This document shows positions 23,773 through 35,036 of a stretch of 64,000 bases of DNA, piece by piece. Positions within the stretch are counted from its first letter, which is position 1; every line of letters starts with the position of its first letter. The stretch covers positions 558,001-622,000 of the forward strand of contig JANHCV010000009.1 of assembly GCA_025594325.1 (NCBI GenBank), read 5' to 3'. Source of the DNA: Blastocladiella emersonii ATCC 22665 (lineage: Eukaryota > Fungi > Blastocladiomycota). A program made the translations under genes and the position numbers. The notes below the pieces were generated by a model that did no database searches, was not told the DNA's origin, and was given only the letters and a program-made list of their open reading frames with translations.

Positions 23773-24798
23773 TCGCTGTACTTGCGCTCCTTGCTCTCTT
23801 GTGAACTGAATATATCCATCTCGTGTGTGACTGACTGTTCCTTGGACTCTACGTCAAGCTCACTGCGCTTCAGTGCGCAATCGCCTTGTATTGAGCTTCA
23901 GTTATCCACCTCATAGTGTGACTCGTTCTCGCTCGCGTGCCCTTAATCGTGGCCGCGGGAACGTGTTTGCGCTTTCAAATCTGCGCTCGAGTTGTTGCGC
24001 AAGGCAGTGACTTGTGGCTGATCGGACGCGTGATGCCCGCTACTGGACTTGCCAATGTGAAGGAGCGAAGGCAGGGACCTTCCCTGACCTGGGTAAGGTT
24101 TTTGGAGCTAAGCTCCACCGGCGGACCGCCTGCGCCACAACCGCAAGGGCGGTGACCGTTGACCGGCGACCGCACCGCGCTGCGCCACCGGTGCAGACGC
24201 GTTTCGCGATTTCGGAGGCCGCGCTTTGCTCGCTTCCCTTTGAATCCTGAACTTGAACCACACGGGCGAACCCGCAGAAGAGCTGTCCCGCATTGTGCAA
24301 CGCAGAGCCGCAAGCGTGAGGGCGTCTTGAAGCATCCGTTAGCGCGGCTCGTGTGCCTACTGACCGTACGCGTAATGGTCAGTGCACGAGTAGCGGTAGG
24401 ATTGTCTCTGACAGTGGACCAGCGAGTTTCCTGTCGACAGCGACAGCAGCAGTGGATCTTTGCCGGCCATGGCGCACCGCAGGGTGATGGGCGCAAGTGG
24501 GCCAGCTGGCTGCCGCCACCGCCCACTTCTGCCACCGGTGAGATCTGTCAGCAAACGCCCTGCTGCCGCCACCCACGGCCGTCACTCCGCCACCGGTACG
24601 GGCTGATGTCGCGTCTTGAGCGTCTTGGCACTTGGTTCTTGCAGTCGTGCTGGGATTTGCCAGCGGCCCATCCCCCAATTTCTACACACTCTGTCAACGT
24701 CCTTGTCAGCGCCCGCTTCACCTGACCCAACCAAGAACGATACGATACACCAAGCTGATATACAGCGTCCCAACTCCACTATGTAATACAAAATCACG

Positions 24799-27700
24799 TC
24801 ACGGCTTCGTCACAAACCTGCGCATCCCACCCGCGCTCGCGCCCGCCGCGCTGGTCCCTGCAAACGCGCTTGCGCCCACGGCCGCGCGCTTGGCGGCGGG
24901 CGCGCTTGAGGTGGCGGCAGCGGCAGCGAGGCGCTTGGACTGGCGGACGAGCGGCTTGGTCTCGACGATCTCAAGCTCGGTCGGCAGGTGCTCGCGCTTG
25001 ACCTTGGCCGCGGCCGCGGTAGCGGGCTCCTTTTTCACAGTTGCGAGTTTCGCCGCGGGCTCCGCCTTGACCGCGGGCTCCTTCTTGACCGCGACCTTCT
25101 TGGCAGCGGGCGCCTTCTTGGCCTCCTGCTTGACGAGCGTGGGCGGCGCAGGTGCAAACGGGAGCGTGCGCTGGCCGCGGACAGGCGCGGCGACGGGCGG
25201 CTTGGGCCTCGGGATGGACGAGCTGCGGTACAGCGAGCCCGCGGACTGGAACCCGCCGCCGCTCCCGCCACTGCTGCCGCCGCTGCCACTGGACTGGCTG
25301 CTGCTGAGCGCGGCGAACCGGTTGCCGTACTGCGTGCCGCTGAACTGCGCGCCGTACGCCGACCCGCCATAGCGCTGCTGCTCCTCGGCAGCGCGCTTGG
25401 CGGCGAGCACGTCCTGCTCGCGCTTGGCCGCGTCGGCGGTGGCGAGGATCTCGACGGCCATTTCGGGCGTCACGGACGACGGGCTACACACGAGCGAGCG
25501 GGCGCAATGACGTGAGCAGACACTTGCACACGCGGTAGCGAACCCGCGCGAAAACGTACCGCGCCTCGCGCAGCTTAGCAAAGTACTTGAGCGTGGCCTC
25601 GTCGATCCCGGGGAACCTGTTGACGACGAGCGGCGCGCCGTTGAACCGGACAGACGAGTCCGAGTTTTCCTTCTGGAACAGGCACGCGAGGTAGGGCGAC
25701 CAGCAGCACGCGCGCGGGTTGCCGCCCCACGCGGTGCGTTTCGTGGGCGACGTGAGGTACAGGATCCGCTGGGCGCGGGTCATGCCGACGTACAGGAGCC
25801 GGCGCTCCTCGGCGCGCTCGGCGTCCGTCTTGGAGAGCGGGTGTGGCATCATGTCGGTACCGCAGACGAAGACGACGGGCCACTCGAGCCCCTTGGACGC
25901 GTGCAGCGTCGAGATGACCACCTTGGACTGCTGCTGCTCGCCGTCGGCCGCGTCGGTCGGGTTCGACAGCGAGACCATGTGCAGGTAGTTGGACAGGAGC
26001 GAGTCGGGTTCCGGCGCGTCCTCGCCCTCCATCTCGACCTCGACGGGGGCCACGGGCGCGGTGGTCGGCGAGAAACTCTGCGCGTTGTTGATCAGCTCCT
26101 CGACGTTCTCCCACCGCGACGTCATGTTCTTGGCGTCGATGGCGAGCAGGTGGTCCTTGAACTTGGTCAGCTCGACGAGCTTGTTGAGCAGGTCCGCGAT
26201 CGAGTACGTCTCCTGCTGCGTCATGCGGTGCAGCGCCTCAATGATGCTGACGAAGGACTTGAGCGCGTCGACCCGCACCCGCGTCACGCCCGTGATCCGC
26301 TTGCCCGCCTCAAGCCGCCGCGCGATCTCGAAGCACGTCACCTACACGGGCCCGGTTAGCAGCGATCCCACGTCGTGTAGCGAATGCGCGGGGCAGATCC
26401 GTACGTTGTCGCGCGTCGCGGCCTCCATCATCTTGAACACGGACCCCTCGCCAATGCCACGGGCGGGGACCTGGATCGCGCGCTCGAACGAGGCCTGGTC
26501 GCCCGGGTTATCGACGACGCGGAGGTACGCGAGCAGGTCACGGATCTCGGCGCGCTCGAAGAAGCGGAGCCCGCCGACCTAAACACACCACGCGCGCGTT
26601 AGCACCCACGCATCCGACAGCCGCCGCAACGAAACCGTACGATGATGTGCGGAACGCGGTTCTGGACAAACGCCTCCTCGACCGCGCGCGTGAGCGCGCC
26701 GGTGCGGCACAGGACCGCAAAGTCGCAGTAGTCGACGGTCCCGCCCGACTTGCCGACGAGCGTCTGGATCTGGTTGGCGAGGTAGGCGGCCTCGGCGGAG
26801 GGGTCGTGGTGCTCGTTCACCAGGATGGGCAGGCCGCCCGTAATCTTGGTGAACAGCTTCTTCTGGACGCGCATCTTGTCCTGCGAGATAACGAGGCTCG
26901 CGGCGTGCAGGATGGTCGGCGTCGAGCGGTAGTTCTCCTCGAGGTAGATCGACTTGGCGTGCGGGAATTTCTCCTCGAGCTTGGTCAGGTTCGACGCGTC
27001 GGCCGAGCGCCAGCCGTAGATGCTACGCGGGAGCGGGAGGTGGGTGAGTGGGCCGTTTCGCGACGTGTGAGAGCGGGAACGAACCTCTGGTCCGGGTCGC
27101 CGACGATGGTGAGCCGCTTGTGCTTGGCGACGAGCTGGAGCGTGAGCTGCAGCTGGATCATGTTGGTGTCCTGGAACTCGTCGACGAGGACGTGCTGCAT
27201 GGTGGCGGCGACGGCGGGGACCGCCTTGATGACCTTGAGCCCGTACACGAGCAGGTCGTCGAAATCCATGGCGTTGTTCTCGCGCAGCAGCCGGTCATAC
27301 TCGCTACACGATGGCGGGCGACGACGACGGGTCAGCACGAGGGTCGGGGGCGCCGCGACCTTTTTGAGGGCCGCCGCGCGTCCGGTGTGTACGGTAGGCA
27401 CCGCGCACTGCGCGGGAGGCATACCGGAACACGGCGAGGTAGTTGAGATTATCATTGAGCTCGCCCTGGGACATCTTAGTCTTGCTGCGCTTGTCCCACG
27501 CGGCCTGCTCGTCGGCGTACGTCATGTTGCGGGCCTTGGCGCGGGAGATCTTGTTGCGGAAGTCGAACGGTTTGCCCGCGGCCGAGCCCTCGAAGATGTT
27601 GGACTTGAGGATGCGCTTGATGTACTGCTCGCTATGGGAAGGTGTACGGTCGGCGGTCAGCGACGGGAGCGCGTGGGAATCGCGCGCGAGCGGAAGGCGT

Positions 27701-28390
27701 ACGTGTCGCTGCTGTCGAGGATGATAAAGTTGGCCGGCAACCCGATGCGCGGCGCGTACGCGCGCAGGAACGACGAGCACACCGAATGGAAGGTGCCTAC
27801 ACATTCCTCAACGCGCGCGTGAGTCGGGAGTACGGAAGGCCGCGGCGGCACGGGGCGCGTGCGAGCGTGAGACAGCGGGAAGCCGCACCGATGACGAGGC
27901 GCGAGACACGCTGGTAGCCGAGCACGCTGTGGATGCGCTCCTTCATCTCGTTGGCGGCCTTGTTGGTGAAGGTCATGACGGCGACGTGCGCCGGGTCGAC
28001 GCGCCGGTTCACGATGAGGTCGATGACGCGCGCCGTGAGCGTCCGCGTCTTGCCTGGTACATGCGGCAGGCGGGCGGCCGGGCGGCAAGTGAGTACGGGA
28101 TGCACGAACGAGTGCGGGGTGGGGGTGTACGGTCGCCAGCGAGCGAGCGACCATGCTCCCCCGTCGTGCATAAGGGAGGTTTTACTTACCCGAGCCTACA
28201 CGATAGACCATGGTCAGCTTCCCACGTTCCAACCTTACGTGCGGTCGTGCGCGGCGTGCGTACCGGGCCCGGCGAGAATCAGCAGGACGTTGTCTTGCGC
28301 GGTCGCGGCAGCATACTGCACGTCGTTGAGCGAGTCGATGTAGGCGTTGGCGCGCACACGCTCGTCATCCTCGTTGCCCGGAGTGTTCAT
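24799..28390 (-). CDS. UvrD/PcrA/Srs2-like SF1 DNA helicase, 10 exons
   Basis: Motifs AGPGSGKT, TFTNKAANEM, VDEFQD, GDPDQSIYGWR, LEENYRST, STLHASKGLEW and EERRLLYVGMTRA. Introns: 28196-28263, 28054-28189, 27797-27888, 27632-27702, 27304-27424, 27023-27084, 26579-26640, 26342-26404, 25484-25559. Confidence 0.92.
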
Positions 28391-28572
28391 GGTGGCCGTC
28401 GCCGTGGGTGTTTGGGTCGAGAGGGACGAGGTGAAGCGGTCGGGTCAACCGAGCGAGCGAGGCTGCGTGCGGGGGTCGCGGACGAAAGTGTGACTCGCTC
28501 GTTCACCTCTCAACTCGGAGACTCGACGGGGAGGGACAGTTGAATAATTTATTACGACTCCGGCCGGCACCC

Positions 28573-30120
28573 TCATGGGTTCGCCTGCTGCTGCTGCGGC
28601 TGGCCCGTGCCGCCGTCGCCCTGCTGCTGCGCCTGCTGTTGGTGGTACTCGACGTGCTGCTGCTGGTGCATGACCTGGGCCGCGCCCGCGCGCTGCTGTG
28701 CGTCGAGCGCCATGGCGGCGACATCGGGCGTGACGGTGGTGGTGCCGACGAGGTGCGGGTGGTGGTGGTGGACCATGGGGCTCGCGGCGGCGCCGGCGGC
28801 GGCGGCCTGCGACGACGCCATGCTGTTGGTGTCCATGAAGTGCGCGTACGTCGCCGCTGCGGCTGCTGCTGCCGCGGCATCCGCGTCGGCGGGTTGCTGC
28901 TGTTGTTGCTGAGATGGGTCGTGGTGGACCTGCTGGAACGGCCGCTGCTGCTGCTGGGACGGGTCCGCGTGCTGGAACGGCTGCTGGTCGGGGTGGTCGT
29001 GACCCTGCTGCGGGTGCATGGCCGGGTGGTGGTGGGCGTGCGGGTGCGGGAGCTGCGGCGGGGGCGGCAATGGCGGCTGCTGCTGCTGCTGCGCGCCCAT
29101 CGGGACCATGTGCTGCTGCTGTTGCTGTCCTGGTGGATGATGGTGCTGCTGCTGGGCCATGAGGTTCGGGTCGTAGGCCTGCATCTGCATCGCGTACTGC
29201 TGCTGCTGCTGCTGCTGGTCGGGGTGGTGGTACATCTGCTGCTGCTGAGGCTGCGGCTGCTGCTGCGGGCTCATGAAGAACCCCGCCTGCTGCTGCTGCT
29301 GCTGCTGCTGCGGGTGCGGGTGGTGCTGGGCGGGGATCGCGGCGGTGACGAGGTTGCCGTTGGCGTCGACGTACTGGGTCTGGACCATGCCGGCGGCGGC
29401 AGCGGCGGCAAAGTCGGGCATGCCGTGCGGGTGGTGGTGGTGCTGGTGCTGCTGGTGCTGGTGGTGCATCTGGGCCGCCGCGACCGCCGCCGCGCTGGTC
29501 TTCCCGCCCGCCGCCGCCCCGCCGGCAGCCGCGGCGCGGTAGTTCGCGGCGGGGTCCTCGCGCGGGACGATATCGATGAGAAAGTCGTACTGGTCCGACT
29601 TGGTGACGGCGGTCGAGATATCGCTGCGCTGGAGCGTGCGGCGCTTGTTCTCCTCGGCGATCATCCACGCGCGCAGGGTGAGCTCGGAGATGAAGATCTC
29701 GCACGCCTTCGAGAAGATGAGCGGGGCCTCGGACGCGACCATCTGGGCCACGTCCGGGTCGCTCTTCATCACCTTCTTGATGCGGGCGAGCGGCAGCGGG
29801 TGGTTCTTGAAGTCAATGTCGGCCTGCTCGAGCTGCTGCAGCTGCGTCTGCCAGAACTGCTGCACGATCGCCGTCAGCGGGTCCGCCGGCTCGCCCGAAG
29901 TCGTCGTCTCCATGAGCACGCCCGAGGGGGGAGGCGGCGGCGGCGGCATGGACGACGATGAGCCGGGCGTCTGCTGCTGCTGCGGCTGCTGCGCGGACGG
30001 CGCGGGGGTGCCGGCCATGCCGACGGCGGGCGACGGCGCGTCGACGGCCATGCCCTCGCCGGGCGCCGAGCCAGCGGCGCTCGCGGGCGGGTTCTCGGGT
30101 TGCGGTGGTGGCTGCTGCAT
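28573..30120 (-). CDS. HAP5: CCAAT-binding factor subunit C (NF-YC/Hap5) with poly-Q/His tail
   Basis: Histone-fold sequence LPLARIKKVMKSDPDV...SEAPLIFSKACEIFISELTLRAW...RRTLQRSDI...DFLIDIVPRE. Alternative ATG at 30132. Confidence 0.93.
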   Translation of the reverse strand: MQQPPPQPENPPASAAGSAPGEGMAVDAPSPAVGMAGTPAPSAQQPQQQQTPGSSSSMPPPPPPPSGVLMETTTSGEPADPLTAIVQQFWQTQLQQLEQADIDFKNHPLPLARIKKVMKSDPDVAQMVASEAPLIFSKACEIFISELTLRAWMIAEENKRRTLQRSDISTAVTKSDQYDFLIDIVPREDPAANYRAAAAGGAAAGGKTSAAAVAAAQMHHQHQQHQHHHHPHGMPDFAAAAAAGMVQTQYVDANGNLVTAAIPAQHHPHPQQQQQQQQAGFFMSPQQQPQPQQQQMYHHPDQQQQQQQYAMQMQAYDPNLMAQQQHHHPPGQQQQQHMVPMGAQQQQQPPLPPPPQLPHPHAHHHPAMHPQQGHDHPDQQPFQHADPSQQQQRPFQQVHHDPSQQQQQQPADADAAAAAAAAATYAHFMDTNSMASSQAAAAGAAASPMVHHHHPHLVGTTTVTPDVAAMALDAQQRAGAAQVMHQQQHVEYHQQQAQQQGDGGTGQPQQQQANP

Positions 30121-30320
30121 GGTAGATCGCATGGAGGGTCAGAGAGCGTCGATGGATGGTGGCGCGCCTCGGAAGTCAGCGGCCCTGCCCGAAATAGACA
30201 CCGACGGGGGTGGCAGGCCGCTCGCGTGCGCTTGTTCCCGCGTCCTTGATCCACGCGAGAGCGCATCGCGTCGCCTTCACCGCGCCGCCGATCGCCTCTC
30301 TCTCCCCCTCTAGACTTTGC

Positions 30321-31867
30321 ATGAAACAAAAGATGGCGACGCGCGTCCGCTTCGCCCCGAGCCCGACGGGCGCCCTGCACCTGGGCGGCCTGCGCACGGC
30401 GCTGTACAACTACCTGCTGGCGCGGTCGGCGCCGGGCGGCACGGGCAAGTTCCTGCTGCGCATCGAGGACACGGACCGGTCGCGGTTCGTCCCCGGCGCC
30501 ACCGAGGCGCTGATCGAGGGCCTGCAGTGGGCGGGTCTGCAGTTCGACGAGGGTCCGGGGAAACCCTCCGCCAAGTACGGGCCCTTCGTGCAGTCGCAGC
30601 GGCTCGACCGGTACCGCGCGGCCGCCGACGACCTGGTGCGCACGGGGCACGCGTACCGGTGCTACTGCACGCCCGAGCGGCTCGCGGCGTCGAACGCGGC
30701 GGCGGTGGCCGCCGGGAAACCGCCGGGCTACGACAGCCACTGCCGCCACCTGCCGGACGCGGCGCACGACGGCGCGCGGCGCGGCGAGTCGTACGTCGTG
30801 CGGTTCAAGTCGGCGACGGCCGGGACCACCGTGTTCCACGACACGGCGTTCAAGCGCGTGGCGGTCGAGAACGCGACGCTCGACGATTTCGTGCTGCTCA
30901 AGTCGGACGGCTGGCCGACGTATCACCTGGCGTCGGTCGTCGACGACCACCACATGGACATCTCGCACGTCATGCGCGGCCACGAGTGGCTGCCGTCGAC
31001 CCCCAAACACGTGCAGCTGTACGCGGCGTTCGGGTGGACGCCGCCCGTCTGGGTGCACCTGCCGCTGCTGCTCAACACGGAGCGCAAGAAGCTGAGCAAG
31101 CGCGACGGCAACGACGGCATGGGCAGTTTTGTCGACCGGTTCCGCGCCGACGGGTACCATCCCGAGGCCCTGCTCAACTTTGTGGGCCTGCTCGGGTGGT
31201 CGCCGCGCACGAGCAAGGAGATCTTCACGCTCGACGAGATGACGGGCGAGTTCGACCTCAAGCGCCTCCACGTCTCCCCCGCCGTCGTCCACTTTGACCG
31301 CCTCGACTGGCTCCAGAAGGCCCACTTCGCCCAGCTCGTCAAGAAGCACGACCCCGCCCTCGTCGCCGACCTCCGCACCCGGATCCCCGAGCCTGTTGCC
31401 AAGGGCGTGTCCGACGCGTACCTCCAGGACGTTCTCGGGCTCATCTCGGTGCGCTTCACTGACTGCACTCGTGTTCGACCACGCTCTGACCCGACCGTCC
31501 GCGATAGACCCGCCTACACCGCGTCCCCGAAATTGTGAGCAAGTCGCCGTACTTTTGGTCCGACCCAGACTTTTCGGTGCCCGGCACCGAGTCGTCGGAC
31601 CTGCTCGCGTCGATCCCGCACCTCGCCAAGCTCGCGCGCGCCACGCTCGACGCCGTTTCCACTAGTTACCCGACGACGGCCGATGCGTGGACCGGCGTGA
31701 TCGCGGACCTCGCCAAGGCTGTCGGCGTGTCCAAGAACGTGGCCATGCTCGCGCTCCGGTGCATGGCGACGGGGACGCGCGTCGGCGCCGGGCTCCCCGA
31801 CACGCTGGTTCTGCTCGGCAAGGAGACGGTGGTGCGGCGCGTGGCCAAGCATGTGGATGGGGTCTGA
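30321..31867 (+). CDS. MSE1: Glutamate-tRNA ligase, bacterial/mitochondrial type; intron 31449-31507
   Basis: RVRFAPSPTGALHLGGLRTALYNYL (HIGH), LRIEDTD, PTYHLASVVDDH, RGHEW and KLSKR (KMSKS-like) motifs. The N-terminus is uncertain. Confidence 0.9.
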
Positions 31868-31896
31868 GTGTACACACACGCGCATATATTCGATGT

Positions 31897-34433
31897 CTAC
31901 GTGGTGCTCATCCGGCTCATCTTGCGCGAGCTCGCCGGCATCCCGTTCCGCCTCGGCCCTTCCCCTCCACCCGCCGCCCTCGCGCCGCCATTCGCCGCCG
32001 CGGCTTCGAACCCGGCAAACACGCTATCAAGCATGAGCCGGAACACCTCGCGCGCGACCGCGTCTAGGGCGTCGAGACACTGCGGGTAATTGGCATCGCG
32101 CACCGCCAGCACGTACCGCATGCGCGCCTCGGAGCTGATGTTGAGCTCGCGCGGCGACCCCTGCTTGATGTACCGCCCGAGAAAGTACTTGAGCCGCACG
32201 TGCACCGGGTCCCCCGGGTGCACGTCGGGCACGTCCGCGTCCGCGGGAGGTGGGGGGCCGGCGAACTCGGTCGGGTCGAAGAACGGGATCGTCACGGCGG
32301 CCGCTGCTCCGCCGCTCGCGGAGGAGGACGTCGGGAGCATGTCCTCCATGGTCGTCGAATCGGCGCCCGTGCACCCGCGGCTCGTGTGGCCCGCGGACAG
32401 GAGAGATGACGCGTTGCCCGACGTGTTGGCGAGCGCGGCAACGAGCGCCGCGGGACCCGCCGCGGGACCCGTCGCGGGCGGCCGTCGCGAAAGTGTACCC
32501 GGCGAGCTCCCGCCCGCGCCCGCCGCCGAAGGCACGACCGTCGTGGTCGACGTGGACCGGTTCCCGCCGACGCCCAGCGTCGCCATCCCGAGCCCCGCCG
32601 CCGGCGGCTGCAGCGGCGTGTCATCCGTCGGCGACGTGGGCGCGGTCGGCGCGGCGGTTGACGCGGACAGCGACCCGACGGTCAGGATCCGGTGCAGGAG
32701 GGGCTCCCAGAACGCGCCGGTGCTGTGCCGCGGGACTTGCGTCGTCGAGCCGCCGTTCGTGAATGAGGGCGATGGCGAGAGGCCCGTGCTCGACGGCGAT
32801 GTCGTAAGGCCGCCCGTGTTCCGCCGGCTGCTGCTCCCGCCAGTGGGATCCGGGACGGGACCGCTGCCGCTGTGCGACGACGACGAGTTGGTCCCGACGG
32901 CCGGGTCGTGGCGGACCGACGGCGTCGGCGGCGGCGCGCCCGTGTTGCTACCACGATGACCCGCGCGGTTTCCGGTCCCAGCGCCCGCCGACCCGCGGTG
33001 CGTCCCGAGCGGTGTCGTCCCGCCGCTGCGGTTGAGAAACGACGTCCGCCGATCGCGGTGCGCCATGGTCCCCGCGCTACTCGCCGCGCCGCCACCGCCG
33101 CCCGACTTGCCCGCGCGCTCGATGAGGTGAATGTAGTCGCGGTAGAAGAGGGCGAGTTCGGGGCAAAAGTGTTTCGCGCAATGCTCGACGAGCGCCTGGA
33201 GCTGCCCCGCGTCGTGGAGGACGCGGCGCAGCTTGGCCTCGGGCGTGTGCATGGCGCGCAGGCGGTCGCGGCGGTGCGACCGCCACACCGAGTAGACGGG
33301 TTCCCAGCACCGCAGCGTGCCCGCGAAGATCTCGTAGACGAGCGCCCACAGCCACGGCCCGCACCGTCCCGCGATCCCCGCGAGGGAGGCGATCGGGATG
33401 CCCGTCAGCAGGAACAGCGGCATCGCGGCGAAGGCGACGCACAGCGACCACGCGAGCTTGGTCCGGAACGCGTTCATCTCGGTCGTGTACCCGCGGCGCG
33501 GCGCGCCCACGATCGAGAAGATGATCGCCGAGACCGTGGCGTGTAGCCCGACGAGCGCGGAGAGCGGCAGGTACAGGGGCAGCTCGCACATGAGCTCGTC
33601 GGCCTGCGGCAGGATGTCGGGCCCGTCGATCAGCGCGTGTACGCCCATGCTGAGCAGGAACACGGCGACGACGAGGGCGGTGCCGACGGCGAAGGCGCGC
33701 CACCGGACGGCCTGCGCGACGGTCAGGACCGGGAACGTGTTGGACATGCCCGTCGGGCGCAGGATGCGCGTCGAGGTGCTGAGCGCGACGCCGTCGACGT
33801 GGTACATGGCGAGGGCGACGCTGAGCAGCAGCGTCTCACGGCGCGACAGCTTGAGGTGGTGCGCGGGCACGCCAACTTCCTTGTACTCGAGCGGCTGCTT
33901 GCTGCTGCCCACGTTGCTGGAGAGCGACGAGGCGCCGCCGCCGCCGCCCGACGACGCGTGAACGGCGTGGCCCGACTGGAAGTAGTCGAGGCGCAGCAGC
34001 ATCCAGATGTGCAGCAGGTTGAAGATCTCGAGCACGGTGCCCGACGCGTACGCGAGGTTCACCACGATGAAGAACTGCCGGCAGCTCACGAACATGGTCG
34101 GGATCCGCGCGCCGAACAGCGGGTGCCACACGGGCATCGCGTGGACCTACAGAGTCGCCCCTGCATCTGATGAGTCGCGGGTAGGCGTTCGAGAGGGTAG
34201 CAGCGTACGATGAACAAGCTGAGCGCCGTGGCGACGACCGACCGGATGAGCAGGACGGGCAGGTGGTGCCGCTGGATGTAGACGTGGCGCGACCAGCGGA
34301 CGATCGGGACGAGCGGCGCGAGCTGCCACACGAGGCTGATGCTCTGGATCGCCGCGTACGCCGCCGTGAGCATGTTGAGCCGGTCCGCGGTCGCGGCCGG
34401 GTACGGGAACGTGATGGTGTGCGGGTCATTCAT
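31897..34433 (-). CDS. 7TM-RGS fusion protein (GprK/RGS1-like), 824 aa; intron 34147-34208
   Basis: About 7 hydrophobic segments, then an RGS-like first half (LRRVLHD...HCAKHFCPELALFYRDY) and second half (YIKQGSPRELNIS...EVFRLMLDSVF) separated by a low-complexity insert. Confidence 0.78.
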
Positions 34434-35036
34434 GTTGTTGGTGGCGGGACCCGTCGTGGTGGCGGTTGCGGTTCATGGAGTCGTTTCATTCATGCGCGAG
34501 CGAGAGGGGGATCGCGGTGCACGATCTAGAAAGCGGGGCGCCGTGGGGCGTAGCGCAGAACATGCGCTGAGCTTTGGCCCTCCCCTGCACCTTGCGACAC
34601 ATGCAATTTGCGCGCACCTCCAAGAGTGTCTCGCGATGCGCCGCGCGCGATCCGACGCTGCGACGGACGTGCTTCCGGCTGCCCGGGCGTGGTGGCGGTG
34701 CGAGACATCCGCGCGGCGCGACGCGTCTCACGGCGCGAGACATTGGTCACGCGAGCGCGTGCGGCTATTTCCGGCGAGAACGCGCCGCGTTTGATTGGCC
34801 GGCGGAAACGTGGTCGGCTGAGCGTATTTCGCGCGCGGCCAATGAGACGCGAGGGCACGTGAGGCGTGACACGCTCGCCGACCGCGTCGCCGTGAAAGCC
34901 GCTCGTCCAAGTCGACGATCGACCCGGACAGGCCCGGCCTTGAGAGTGTTATCGGGCGATACAAATAGCGAGCGGACCTCGGGAGGCGTCCCCGCTCTCT
35001 CTTGACCAACCACCTTGCTACGCATCAACGGCCACC

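Noticed and set aside
24300-24730. Faint integrase-like words (PVAE*RPW, AVAVDRK) on the minus strand
   Set aside because: They are spread over different frames and too weak without a profile search.
28880-29470. CAG/CTG microsatellites in HAP5 and poly-Ala tracts in other genes
   Set aside because: These are ordinary low-complexity coding repeats found throughout this genome.
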